Source: a virus. Taken from it: a stretch of 64,000 bases of DNA. Shown in pieces: positions 25,811 through 35,674 of the stretch. Position 1 is the first letter of the stretch; each line of letters begins with the position of its first letter. The notes below the pieces were generated by a model that saw only the letters and a program-made list of their open reading frames with translations, was not told where the DNA came from and ran no database searches. The stretch is taken from IMG/VR virus record IMGVR_UViG_3300024346_000012. One strand, written 5' to 3'. Made by a program: the position numbers and the translations under genes.

Positions 25811-26745
25811 TTAAAATTAACCTGAGCCATAATTTCTGTTAGGCATGCTACAATATTTAATTCGTGATCAGCGACAAAAGCATCTTTATATTGGTAGTCT
25901 GCAAGTATTAGCACAAGCTGAGGAATACTTTGCGTTTGTACTGTTTCTTGCATATTGTCATACAGACCTCTAAATATAGAAGAAGTATCAATATCCATAT
26001 GATTTACTACCCACTTACGCATACTTTTAAAATCTTTACCTTTTAAGTACTGCGTAAGATCGTTAAAGTTCCCAGTGTTTGACTCAGTATCACTCATAAT
26101 ATTAGATCCGCCGATAGACAGGCGCTGACACTCATTTAAAACTCTACGCCAGTCGGGCGCGTGCTTCATAATAAGTTTTACCAGACCAGGAACCTGATAA
26201 TCAACTGACTCCTGATCTAAAATATATATAAGATTTTTAAGGAATGATTCGCATAACTGAGCTAAATCTTTTTTAGAAGTATTGAATTCATATACTCCAC
26301 AACGTGAGTGTAGAGGCTCAATAATTCTATTCTTGAAGTTACAAGTTAAGATAAACCGGCAGTTGTTTGAGAACTCTTCAATGAATCCTCGAAGAGCTGG
26401 TTGAGTAGATTGTGGGTTAAGATAATCTGCTTCGTCAAGAATACATACTTTGTATCCGCCCGATAAAGAAACCGTGGATGCAAATTGCTTTATTTTCCCT
26501 CTGAGAGTGTCGATGTTACCTTCTTCAGACCCGTTAATAAGAATATAATCTAGGCCTAGTTCATTGCATAAGGCTTTGGCTACTGTGGTTTTACCTAAAC
26601 CTGCAGAGCCGGTGAACAACATGTTAGGAAGTTCACCGGTCTCTACAATACTCTGAAACGTTTTCATAAGAGAAGGAGGGAGGATTGTTTCAGAGATTTT
26701 AGTTGGACGATATTTTTCACACCAAAGAAATTGATCTTTGTTCAT
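25807..26745 (-). CDS. gp44: Clamp loader large subunit (gp44)
   Basis: W.EKYRP, GSAGLGKTT, ILDEAD, SRC motif. Confidence 0.95.
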   Translation of the reverse strand: MNKDQFLWCEKYRPTKISETILPPSLMKTFQSIVETGELPNMLFTGSAGLGKTTVAKALCNELGLDYILINGSEEGNIDTLRGKIKQFASTVSLSGGYKVCILDEADYLNPQSTQPALRGFIEEFSNNCRFILTCNFKNRIIEPLHSRCGVYEFNTSKKDLAQLCESFLKNLIYILDQESVDYQVPGLVKLIMKHAPDWRRVLNECQRLSIGGSNIMSDTESNTGNFNDLTQYLKGKDFKSMRKWVVNHMDIDTSSIFRGLYDNMQETVQTQSIPQLVLILADYQYKDAFVADHELNIVACLTEIMAQVNFK

Positions 26746-26762
26746 AATATAATAATACCTTT

Positions 26763-26993
26763 TTATTCAGACTCAGCTGCCTGATCTTGTTGGAATGTTT
26801 CACACATCTGGATCATTTGTACACCTTGATCTCGTAACTGACCGAGTGTAGATAGTTCTTCACCCTTTACAGCTCCACGCTGTACCATTGTATCAATTAC
26901 TGCAATAGTTGAACGACAGATACGATTTGCTAGATCGTATGTCGGTGCATGACTTTCATGCGCTAGTTTTACTTTATCTTCTTTAGACATCAT
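26763..26993 (-). CDS. Hypothetical protein
   Basis: Coupled to gp45; start reset to MMSKED. Confidence 0.6.
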   Translation of the reverse strand: MMSKEDKVKLAHESHAPTYDLANRICRSTIAVIDTMVQRGAVKGEELSTLGQLRDQGVQMIQMCETFQQDQAAESE

Positions 26994-27667
26994 TGTTCTC
27001 CATATGTAGATGTTTTTTCGAGAGCAACCCAATAAGTAACATTGGTATTTTGCCCTTTAAATTCTGATATTAGTTTGGATGATACTCTTACATCATATGT
27101 ATCGGTAATCATTTTTAAGTTAGCTATATTTAAAATAAATCTAAAGTCTTCTTCTTTATAACCTCCATCAACTTCAATTGAGTATTCATTGGCTGTAGCG
27201 TTTTCTGGGTCGAATACGGACAGTTTGATGGCTCCACTAGATGGTTCAATACAGAACTGACTAGTTCCAAGAGCAGCTGAAGCTCTTTTTAAGGAGTTAA
27301 GCGTATTTTCATCTAGGGTAAACCATACATCTTCATCGGGCATGTTAATAGGCTTAGTGGGCTGAGTTAGCATCTCAATATCTGCGTAGTAGTACCTTAG
27401 GTTTTCTCTGCCGCTTTGGCTTTTAATGACCATATGATTTTCTTCAAACTTGACATTTGGGTTATCAACCAATCCTAACACATTTAGAAACTCTTGTAAA
27501 TCATAAATTCCTATACAGTTTTCAAATGTTTCGGGTAACTCCGCTTTGGCTAGAATGTTTTTGGCCGGAGATATAGTCATTAAGCTATTTCCGGGTTTGA
27601 TTACTATATTACTATTGATTGCAGCGAAGTTCTTAAGAACGCTGACGGTATTTCCACTTATTTCCAT
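26990..27667 (-). CDS. gp45: Sliding clamp (gp45)
   Basis: LKNFA.IN, IYDL.EFL, YWVALE; synteny. Confidence 0.93.
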   Translation of the reverse strand: MEISGNTVSVLKNFAAINSNIVIKPGNSLMTISPAKNILAKAELPETFENCIGIYDLQEFLNVLGLVDNPNVKFEENHMVIKSQSGRENLRYYYADIEMLTQPTKPINMPDEDVWFTLDENTLNSLKRASAALGTSQFCIEPSSGAIKLSVFDPENATANEYSIEVDGGYKEEDFRFILNIANLKMITDTYDVRVSSKLISEFKGQNTNVTYWVALEKTSTYGEQ

Positions 27668-27669
27668 AA

Positions 27670-29391
27670 TTAATTACCTTTAATTTTACTAAAATTCTTT
27701 TCTTTGTAGACTTCGATCTTATTATCAAATCTACTGTCTAACATTTCACCCTTATGGGATATCACAAAGACATTGGTATCATCACCAAGTGTCTGAATAA
27801 TTTTCATTAGGTTATCTACTCCTTCATAGTCAAGGGACGAGTCGAATGTCTCATCCAGCATCAACAAGTTAGTTGATACGCTGTTTTTCATTTTAGCTAT
27901 TTGGCGCCAAGTAAATAGTAAGGCCAAATCAATACGCTGCTTTTCACCTTCAGAAAAGGAATCATAAGAGAAATTATCTCTATGACGTGATCTAATTGTC
28001 TCGGAAAATGCTTCGTCTAAATAGAATGAAACGAAGAAGTCAAGCACCTGCAAGTACTTGTTTACGAGGTTATTTATAACAGGCAGATACTGCTTTATGA
28101 TTTTTGTTTTGATGCCAGTATCTTTTAGCATCTCTAGTATAACAGTATTATAACTCAAACTTTCATTAATGTACAATCTTTTTTCAAACAAATCATCTTT
28201 TAATTTTTTAAGAGATTCTAAGTCGCTGCGAGATTTACTTAGATCTCCGCTAGATCCACGTATTTGTTCAATAGAACTGCTAATAGTTGTAATCTGTTCC
28301 TGTAGACGCCCTATCGATTTGTTATTAGAAGTAATAGTAGAAGTTTTATCTCTGATTTGGTTTGCAGTATCAGTAAGTTTCTCAATGTTTGACTCTACTG
28401 TAACTGATCTCTCGTTAACATCTTGCACAGCATTATTCAGTACAGAGGCTTTCTCTTTAGCGGTTGCTAACTTTACGGCTTTAACTTCTTGATCTATGTC
28501 TTGAGTACATGTGGGACACGTGTCATTCTCTTCATAAAACTTTGTTTCTTTGACTAATGTTTTAATCTTTTGGCTGAACTCGGCTTGGTAGTGTAACAAA
28601 CTTTGCCTTTTATCATGATTTTCTTTAAGACTTTCTTGCAGGCCAACAGACCTTTCCTCGATCTCAGCTGATAATGAAACATTTTCACGTTGAAAGGAAT
28701 TAATTTCTTCCTGTGCATCGCTGATGTTTGATTCTTTTTGATTGATTTGCTCAACTGATAAAGCCTCTACTTCTTTGATATACCGGTTTTGAAGATCGAT
28801 CTTTTCTTTATTGAGATCTGCATCATAGTCAATAACTTTAAGATCATCTTTTAGTACACTATTTTTTTCTTTAAGTATTTGGTTCATTTTTGAAAAGACA
28901 TTAATGTCCAGAAGATCCTCAATAACATCACGCCTATGCTGTGCAGGGAGCTGCATGAAAGGAATGAAGGAGGAAGATCCAAGCACAACAATTTGGTGAA
29001 ACGACTTATGATTCAACTTAATGATGTTTTGTTCGAGGATCTTCTGGTACTCTTTGGCATGAGATGACTGGTTAATCATCGTGCCGTCTTTCCATATTTC
29101 AAACTTATTTGGTTTAATACCGCGTACAACTTTGTAGGCCGAGCCTGATACGGCAAACTCAATAGCTACTACGCAATCTTTATTATTAATTGTATTAACT
29201 AATTGAGGTTTACTAATATTTCGGTGCGCTTTACCGAATAATGCAAACGATAACGCGTCTAACATTGTAGATTTACCAGAACCATTATCTCCAACTATTA
29301 AGTTAGATTTATGCTTGGTAAAGTTAATACTGCTATATGAATTTCCAGTTGATAGGAAATTTTTCCACTTTAGGTTTTCAAATATAATCAT
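27670..29391 (-). CDS. gp46: Recombination endonuclease subunit, SMC/Rad50-like (gp46)
   Basis: GDNGSGKST, CPTC hook, FSEGEKQRIDL, LDETFD. Confidence 0.96.
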   Translation of the reverse strand: MIIFENLKWKNFLSTGNSYSSINFTKHKSNLIVGDNGSGKSTMLDALSFALFGKAHRNISKPQLVNTINNKDCVVAIEFAVSGSAYKVVRGIKPNKFEIWKDGTMINQSSHAKEYQKILEQNIIKLNHKSFHQIVVLGSSSFIPFMQLPAQHRRDVIEDLLDINVFSKMNQILKEKNSVLKDDLKVIDYDADLNKEKIDLQNRYIKEVEALSVEQINQKESNISDAQEEINSFQRENVSLSAEIEERSVGLQESLKENHDKRQSLLHYQAEFSQKIKTLVKETKFYEENDTCPTCTQDIDQEVKAVKLATAKEKASVLNNAVQDVNERSVTVESNIEKLTDTANQIRDKTSTITSNNKSIGRLQEQITTISSSIEQIRGSSGDLSKSRSDLESLKKLKDDLFEKRLYINESLSYNTVILEMLKDTGIKTKIIKQYLPVINNLVNKYLQVLDFFVSFYLDEAFSETIRSRHRDNFSYDSFSEGEKQRIDLALLFTWRQIAKMKNSVSTNLLMLDETFDSSLDYEGVDNLMKIIQTLGDDTNVFVISHKGEMLDSRFDNKIEVYKEKNFSKIKGN

Positions 29392-30449
29392 GCTATTTCT
29401 AAGGTTTGTGCCTCAATCATAAGATCATGCATTTCTTTTTTAATGCGATCTTTATCCAACTCAGTCTCTACATTATCAACGTAAGAATTAAGCAACGTAC
29501 TCGTATCATCCATCGAGATATTATCATCCTCGACATTTTGACCTATGAACTCTGAAAAATTCTCTTGTATTTTTAGTTCGTGTATATTCTTATTCTGTAT
29601 TCTATCAACAAATCGGTCAAATGTAAACAGATCATTTTTATTTATTACAACTATTTTAACAAATTTATTATCGAGTGTGCTAGTATCATAATCGCCATAA
29701 TTAGTGCTTCTGTCATCATAGATAATTTTATGATACAGTACATGAGGATTTTGTATAGCTTCCAGCTGCCTATTTTCTGTATTAAGTATGTGAAAGTATT
29801 TTTTATCGTGCGCATCATTCCAGAAAAACTCCATTTGAGAACCGAGATAGGTAATATTATTCTGAGAAGACTTAGTATGAAAATGTCCTGAAAGTACCGA
29901 TTCAAACCTTTTAAAAATTTCAGGATCTAAACCATGCTCGTTCTTAATACCTTTTGCCATATCATATCCTGATATTTCAAAGTGACCTCCTAACCAATCG
30001 CACTTAGCATTGGCTATAAAGTCTAAAGAATCTTTCTCATTCGTGTTAGAGATCCACGGAACTAATCCTAACTTAAACCCATCATAATCCATAACTCGAG
30101 GCTCATGAATAATATTCACTTCATTCATGTAATGACCCAATAGCTCTTTTAAACTGTTTAAATCATTTGTATTTTTATAGTAAGTGTCATGATTACCACA
30201 GATAATATCCATAGTAATACCATTGTCTCTTAACGGTTTAAGAAAGTGATGGCGGTTACGGTTAAGAGCACGGAAGTTGATAAACTTCCGGTTATCGTAG
30301 TAATCACCAAGATGCACAATATGCTTAATATTATGTTCCAAAAGATAAGGAAAGAATACATCGCTATAAAATTTCTCTGCATTATCGAGAAATACGTCAG
30401 AGCTATTGCGGATACCACAATGAGTGTCATTAATTATGGCTATCTTCAT
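29388..30449 (-). CDS. gp47: Recombination endonuclease subunit, Mre11-like (gp47)
   Basis: DTH, LGDYYD, GNHD, GHFH. Confidence 0.95.
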   Translation of the reverse strand: MKIAIINDTHCGIRNSSDVFLDNAEKFYSDVFFPYLLEHNIKHIVHLGDYYDNRKFINFRALNRNRHHFLKPLRDNGITMDIICGNHDTYYKNTNDLNSLKELLGHYMNEVNIIHEPRVMDYDGFKLGLVPWISNTNEKDSLDFIANAKCDWLGGHFEISGYDMAKGIKNEHGLDPEIFKRFESVLSGHFHTKSSQNNITYLGSQMEFFWNDAHDKKYFHILNTENRQLEAIQNPHVLYHKIIYDDRSTNYGDYDTSTLDNKFVKIVVINKNDLFTFDRFVDRIQNKNIHELKIQENFSEFIGQNVEDDNISMDDTSTLLNSYVDNVETELDKDRIKKEMHDLMIEAQTLEIA

Positions 30450-31182
30450 CTAGTATAGACCTTTTCGGTGACCAACCAAGCCGATACAAGTAGTCAACAT
30501 TTGCCTGCGTTTTAATTCTTTCACCTTTAGGATTTTCATCTCTAATTTCTCCTTCATAATTAAATATATTTTGAGCCATGTCTAAAACTCTAAATGCTTT
30601 TCCTGTACCAATATCTAAAACTGTTTCGTCTATCATAGACCAGTTAATAGATATCGTCCATATAGCAGCACATAAATCGTCAATGTGAATCCAGTCTCTA
30701 TAATGCTGAGAGTTTATATAAGTTACTTCTTTCTTTTCTAGCTTTTTGTATAGCATATCATCTCGACCAGGCCACACGGTATGAAACCTCATACCCTTTG
30801 CGTTACTTGACTTAGTAGCTAGTAGCTCACACATTTTTTTAGTAGCAGCATATGGATTACCCCACCACTCATATGCGTTAGAAGATGAAGCATATAAAAC
30901 CTTTTTACAGAATAAATCTCCAAACTTTAAAGCGTTTTCTGTACCTACAACATTATTCTCATAGTAGAATTCAGGTTCCTCGAACGAACGCCGTACGCCA
31001 GGAATAGCAGCAAGATGAATTAACATATCCCATTTATCACCGGTATATTTATTATATTTGTGCCATTCACTCCATTGTACTATATCTCCATCGAAATGTA
31101 CAACAGTATTTCCTTTATTTTCTAAGAATTTAGATAGATTAGATCCTACACAACCTTCCCAACCAGTTAACAATATTTTCAT
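30430..31182 (-). CDS. NAD-dependent nucleotide-sugar epimerase/dehydratase
   Basis: TGWEGCVG, HLAA, YASSS, YAATK (YxxxK), RDWIHIDD. Confidence 0.88.
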   Translation of the reverse strand: MKILLTGWEGCVGSNLSKFLENKGNTVVHFDGDIVQWSEWHKYNKYTGDKWDMLIHLAAIPGVRRSFEEPEFYYENNVVGTENALKFGDLFCKKVLYASSSNAYEWWGNPYAATKKMCELLATKSSNAKGMRFHTVWPGRDDMLYKKLEKKEVTYINSQHYRDWIHIDDLCAAIWTISINWSMIDETVLDIGTGKAFRVLDMAQNIFNYEGEIRDENPKGERIKTQANVDYLYRLGWSPKRSILDEDSHN

Positions 31183-31187
31183 ACTAA

Positions 31188-31784
31188 TTAGTTTCCCATA
31201 AATTTAGTAAGGTCTGAATCTACCATCACTTCTCTTTTCTTTCGAACTACTTTTTCTTTCTTAATAAATTTTTTAATCTTAGTATCTTTTTCTTTTATCT
31301 TATCCATTCGATCTTTTAGTTGATCTAGAAAAGTATTCAGTACGGCTGTAGAACCAACATCTTCATTTCCTCCATGTACATATTGATCGATACCAGACTG
31401 AGCAAGATAACGCATTTTTAATTCTTGTTGCTTTTTTTCTTTTTCGATTCTTCGAAGAAAGGCATACCAACTAATCTGAGTAAAATAAGCAAAAGCGTTT
31501 GGCTTGCCAGTTCGAGTAGCTGCATCAACATTATAGTTGTTAATAGCTTTTAGACAGTTTTCTACAGCATCCATAACCATTTCTTCACGATATGTATATC
31601 GAATAAAATTAGATTTATGCGACAAACCTTCAGCTATTTTTAGAAAGCATTGAGCTATATAATCTGGAACAAGAGGAAGCTCTAACTCCTTTGATTTTGA
31701 TTCGCTTAGTTCTCTACAATAATCAACTACAGCTTGAGAAAACTCAGCGTTATTTACGTAGTGAATGCTTTTCTTTTTTGCCAT
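31188..31784 (-). CDS. gp55: Late sigma factor (gp55)
   Basis: HYVNNAEF, IAEGLSHKSNF..YTYREEM..DA.ENC, NAFAYFTQI...AFLRRI.KEKKQ. Confidence 0.95.
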   Translation of the reverse strand: MAKKKSIHYVNNAEFSQAVVDYCRELSESKSKELELPLVPDYIAQCFLKIAEGLSHKSNFIRYTYREEMVMDAVENCLKAINNYNVDAATRTGKPNAFAYFTQISWYAFLRRIEKEKKQQELKMRYLAQSGIDQYVHGGNEDVGSTAVLNTFLDQLKDRMDKIKEKDTKIKKFIKKEKVVRKKREVMVDSDLTKFMGN

Positions 31785-31810
31785 AACAAAATCCTTCATG
31801 TAATGTTTAT

Positions 31811-31839
31811 ATTCTACTGCATTTTTCGTAGTATGTAAA
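31811..31839 (-). promoter_or_regulatory. Promoter TTTACA-17-TAGAAT for the gp55 operon
   Basis: Same architecture as the gp43 promoter. Confidence 0.65.
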
Positions 31840-31933
31840 TAGCATATTTTTTTTTATTTTTATGCGTTTTATGGTGTACAAACCCGCCCAGGTGTGTATA
31901 ATAAATTAAGAGCTTTTTGGTGGGAGTAGTATA

Positions 31934-32380
31934 CTAATGTAATTTATCTGGTTTTGGAAATGAAAGCACGTTATTGGTTAATTCATCTAACTCATCTTCG
32001 CCGATGTCATCTTCTCCTTGACCACTTAATAAAGCTTTTATCTTTAAAGCTACTTCTTCGTGAGTAAGATTTTCGTCTTCAAGACCTTCGTTTCCTAAAA
32101 CGGCCTCTTTATAATACCCTAACATTTTGATGGAAGGGTTAGCTTCTGCTATTATACTAAAACCATTAAGTGATATAATTCCATCTGTATCATCTACCAT
32201 AGTTAACCATGGCTTAAGAGTATAGTACCTATAACCTCTCATGTCGTCATCATGAGCTACAATTAAGAGAGACTTTCTTACAATAATATCTGAAGCGCCC
32301 ATTTCTTCATCTGGCCATTCAACTACTTCGCAAACTATCTCTTCACCGGTACTAAGTTTAAATTGCTTAATGTCATACAT
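31934..32380 (-). CDS. Conserved T4-like hypothetical protein (Sm-like N-terminus)
   Basis: KL.TGEEIVC.V...LKPW motif; position between uvsW and gp55. Confidence 0.65.
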   Translation of the reverse strand: MYDIKQFKLSTGEEIVCEVVEWPDEEMGASDIIVRKSLLIVAHDDDMRGYRYYTLKPWLTMVDDTDGIISLNGFSIIAEANPSIKMLGYYKEAVLGNEGLEDENLTHEEVALKIKALLSGQGEDDIGEDELDELTNNVLSFPKPDKLH

Positions 32381-33869
32381 TGATGTCTACCTTAATTATT
32401 TTATAGTTAAACTCTTCTTTTTCGTAAATCTTTACTCTCTCTGCTCCATGCATTAGAGTGTAGTTTTTCCTTCCTCTCCAGTGCAAATCATCTGTGATAT
32501 CATATAGGGTTGTTTTTCTTCCATCGTCTGAGACTCTAAGACCACGGCCAATACTCTGCAGAACTTTGATTTGGGACTTGCTTGGTGAAGCGAATATGAT
32601 ATTATGCAGATTGCGAATGTTAATACCAGTGCTGAATGTTCCCAAGGAGGCGACGATGATTGCATCTTTCTGTTTCTCTACTATTTTTCTTATAGATTCT
32701 CGGTCCGCAGTATCAACTTCTCCTGAAACAAAAAACACCTTTCTATCCTCGCTTACTTTATTATTTATCATCTCATAGAGTGGCTTTCCATGAGCATCCA
32801 CACGTAAAAATAAGACAAGAGTATTTCCCTTAGAGCTAACAGCCAAATTACGAATAAGGCGATTCCTAGCGTCATTTCTAATAATAAAGTCAATCTCATC
32901 TTGATAGGTTTGTTTTCCAAAGTTTTTCCTTATTTCTTCTGAGTAGTTTAGCAATAACACATTAATATCAAGAGGAGCTAAAGTTTCATTATCTTGTAAA
33001 GCCTTGGTAGTCGTAACTTGATATACTGGCCCAAACAATCCTTCAAGGACAAGCTTATGTGTTTGTGTACCATCTAAAGTTCCCGTTGTACCAAACCGGT
33101 ATTTTGCTTCAGTGGCTTTATTCATAATCGATGATAGCGACTTTGATTTAAATCCGTGACACTCATCACCTATAACCATACCAAACTGTTCAAACCATTT
33201 CTTAGGGTATTTATATATGCTTTGCCATGTAGATATTATAACTGCTTTATCTGTAACTTTGTCTTTACCCGAATAAATACGATGCATCATTTCTTTAGTA
33301 CCTCCATAATCAATGAAGTCTTGATGCATCTGTTCAACTAAAGATGTAGTTGGAACAATGATAAGCACTCTTCCACCTCTGGGGTCGTTAAACCCGTTTG
33401 ATAAATAGTGCAACCAGTACTTAACTAACAAATAAATTATAAATGATTTACCACTACCAGTTGGAGATAATAATATTGCTCGAGTTCTTTTTAGGGCTGT
33501 TTCAAGCGCATCGTATTGATAATCTCGAGGTTGAAATGGAAGTGTTGCGTCAGCTAGTAGATCAGGTAGTTGTTGAAGAGGTTGTGGATCATAATGAGGA
33601 AAACCATAAGAAGATTCTTCAGTGTCAACAGCATATGATCTCTGAGATGCAAACTCTAACAAATACGCATATAGCCCAGCATTTAGCTCACCGTTCATGC
33701 GATTAAATAACCTAATTTTACCGTCCCATATCTTGTTTTTATAGGCAGGCATAAATTTATAGCCTGGTACAAAAAATGAAAAGTAGTCGGATAATTCTGC
33801 GGCATGCCCTGCTTCGCAATCAACATACAGCATGCTATAATCTTTTAATCTTACAGTAAAGTCAGCCAT
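32373..33869 (-). CDS. uvsW: RNA-DNA/DNA helicase UvsW
   Basis: PRDYQ, SPTGSGKS, DECH, QSIGRGLR. Confidence 0.95.
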   Translation of the reverse strand: MADFTVRLKDYSMLYVDCEAGHAAELSDYFSFFVPGYKFMPAYKNKIWDGKIRLFNRMNGELNAGLYAYLLEFASQRSYAVDTEESSYGFPHYDPQPLQQLPDLLADATLPFQPRDYQYDALETALKRTRAILLSPTGSGKSFIIYLLVKYWLHYLSNGFNDPRGGRVLIIVPTTSLVEQMHQDFIDYGGTKEMMHRIYSGKDKVTDKAVIISTWQSIYKYPKKWFEQFGMVIGDECHGFKSKSLSSIMNKATEAKYRFGTTGTLDGTQTHKLVLEGLFGPVYQVTTTKALQDNETLAPLDINVLLLNYSEEIRKNFGKQTYQDEIDFIIRNDARNRLIRNLAVSSKGNTLVLFLRVDAHGKPLYEMINNKVSEDRKVFFVSGEVDTADRESIRKIVEKQKDAIIVASLGTFSTGINIRNLHNIIFASPSKSQIKVLQSIGRGLRVSDDGRKTTLYDITDDLHWRGRKNYTLMHGAERVKIYEKEEFNYKIIKVDINV

Positions 33870-34533
33870 TCTCTTTTAATTCTTTATATTTTTGTCTCAC
33901 ATCAATAAACTGTGATAGGTAGTCATGAGTTTTTATCTTAAACACCTGAGGAGCATCATGGTCAACCGCTACAAGGATTACACCTTGTTTTATAGGAACC
34001 CCGGTTATCTCATAAAATGCTGCAGCATAGAACGATGCTTGTATAAAATAGTTAGTAATCCATTCTTTTTTCTTTGGTTTTCTAGCTGTCTTAAAGTCTA
34101 CGATAGAAAGCTCGCCGTCGAATTCTGCAATACAGTCTACTTGGCCAGCACATTTAAGTTTATCACTATATAAAAACTCTTCTTGAAACCATACGTTGTT
34201 TAATCTCGTATCAATAATGCTTTTGATATGACTAAACGTATATAGGTTGTTAGGCATCGCGCCCTTATCCCAATCACTAATGTTATCTATATAATCCTCA
34301 GCAAGCTTGTGTACAGCAGTACCTCTTGTTGCTGCTTGATGAGATATTTTATTAGCCTCTTCTTCGCCTACTCTTTTACGCCATTTCATAATACCGTCTT
34401 TACTTAGAATGCCAAGAACAGTTGTAATAGATGGATATGAATTACCTTCAGGTGTAAAATACTTACGACTCTTTTCAGTAGTTTTACGAGTCACTTTCGG
34501 TAGTATTACCCCATGATCAAAGTGTGTAAACAT
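33862..34533 (-). CDS. PD-(D/E)xK exonuclease
   Basis: YPSITTVL, RGT.VH, AGQVDC...IVDFKT, YF.Q...YA. Confidence 0.88.
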   Translation of the reverse strand: MFTHFDHGVILPKVTRKTTEKSRKYFTPEGNSYPSITTVLGILSKDGIMKWRKRVGEEEANKISHQAATRGTAVHKLAEDYIDNISDWDKGAMPNNLYTFSHIKSIIDTRLNNVWFQEEFLYSDKLKCAGQVDCIAEFDGELSIVDFKTARKPKKKEWITNYFIQASFYAAAFYEITGVPIKQGVILVAVDHDAPQVFKIKTHDYLSQFIDVRQKYKELKENG

Positions 34534-34976
34534 TATGTGCCAGCCTCAAATTGTTTCCATCTTATAATATTACCTATAGTCTGATGCCTCCAATTGAGAT
34601 TAGTGATAATTTCTGTAAGAGTTTCAACTATAGTTTTCCAATACTGCACCTTTTCTTCGCTTTTTTGTATTTCTGGGTCACTGTCGTAATAGTAATCCAT
34701 TTCACCTTTCATGATTTTTAAACCATCAAGTGGATCATAGTCCCAGCCCAACTGTCGTATTTGCTCTTCAGACATTTTACCGTTATACCAAAGCCATTTG
34801 TGCTTGAGCAAGGTTTTTTGTTTGAATTCTTCACGCTTCTTTGCAAGTTTAGCTTCTGCTAACCACTGTAGATATTTTGCGTGTAATTTTGGTGTATCTC
34901 GAGATGTCTCATCTAATTTATGATCATCTATTTTTGAGTCGACAGACCACTCATCTAATATAGCCTTTAAGTCCAT
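34533..34976 (-). CDS. uvsY: Recombination mediator UvsY
   Basis: W..DS.ID, P.LHAKYL, W.WYNGK, R...I.N.I.W..F.AG. Confidence 0.9.
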   Translation of the reverse strand: MDLKAILDEWSVDSKIDDHKLDETSRDTPKLHAKYLQWLAEAKLAKKREEFKQKTLLKHKWLWYNGKMSEEQIRQLGWDYDPLDGLKIMKGEMDYYYDSDPEIQKSEEKVQYWKTIVETLTEIITNLNWRHQTIGNIIRWKQFEAGT

Positions 34977-35002
34977 AGTATCTCCATAATATATAGTGTT
35001 AT

Positions 35003-35551
35003 TTATCTTAGTTCAAAGTATGAGAATCTAAACGATGCAGGATAAGTAATGTACTGCTGAGCGCCTGAGGTAGCCTCAAGTGACATATCACCTAGACTTA
35101 CTGGCATGCAATCAATATAACGTATTTGCCTCGTTGAATTATTGTGGGAGCTTAGAATATTTACCGTGATATCCGCATAAGCCGGCGGCTTGCCTTCTAT
35201 TTTATCTGTTGGATTTGTAGTATTATTTTCCACAAGCCTATGCATCCAATTATACATCTCTGTATAAGAATTTAGATTTTCATCTACTAAAATAATAGCT
35301 GTTAGCTCACTGAATGTAAGTTTGTCTCCAACAAATGGAACAGAACTAATCTTTCTAAATGGCTGTTCTACAGAATTCATATTTAAAGAAGGGTGTAAAA
35401 TAGCTTGACAGAAGAATTGCAAATTCGCATAATGTTTTCTATCTATAACCATGCTAAATGCACTTGGCTGCAAGTAGTTAAGGCCGTTTAAACCAGAACT
35501 ACTTATATCGTTACTAACACTAACATCAACGTTAGGATTTAAGGTCGCCAT
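35003..35551 (-). CDS. gp3: Tail completion / tube terminator (gp3)
   Basis: NYLQP..F, GDKL.F..L....LVDE.L..Y.E.YNW; late promoter at 35575-35582. Confidence 0.85.
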   Translation of the reverse strand: MATLNPNVDVSVSNDISSSGLNGLNYLQPSAFSMVIDRKHYANLQFFCQAILHPSLNMNSVEQPFRKISSVPFVGDKLTFSELTAIILVDENLNSYTEMYNWMHRLVENNTTNPTDKIEGKPPAYADITVNILSSHNNSTRQIRYIDCMPVSLGDMSLEATSGAQQYITYPASFRFSYFELR

Positions 35552-35623
35552 AACTATTCTCCATAACTTTATCCTATTTATACTACCACATTCTGAAGGT
35601 AATGTACACCTTTATTAAAACAT

Positions 35624-35649
35624 AAAAAAAGGGCGCCGAAGCGCCCTTA
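35624..35649 (-). terminator. Intrinsic terminator after major capsid gene
   Basis: AAGGGCGC-TTCG-GCGCCCTT followed by T-run. Confidence 0.85.
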
Positions 35650-35674
35650 GTTATTGGAGAGTTAAATCTCTCTC

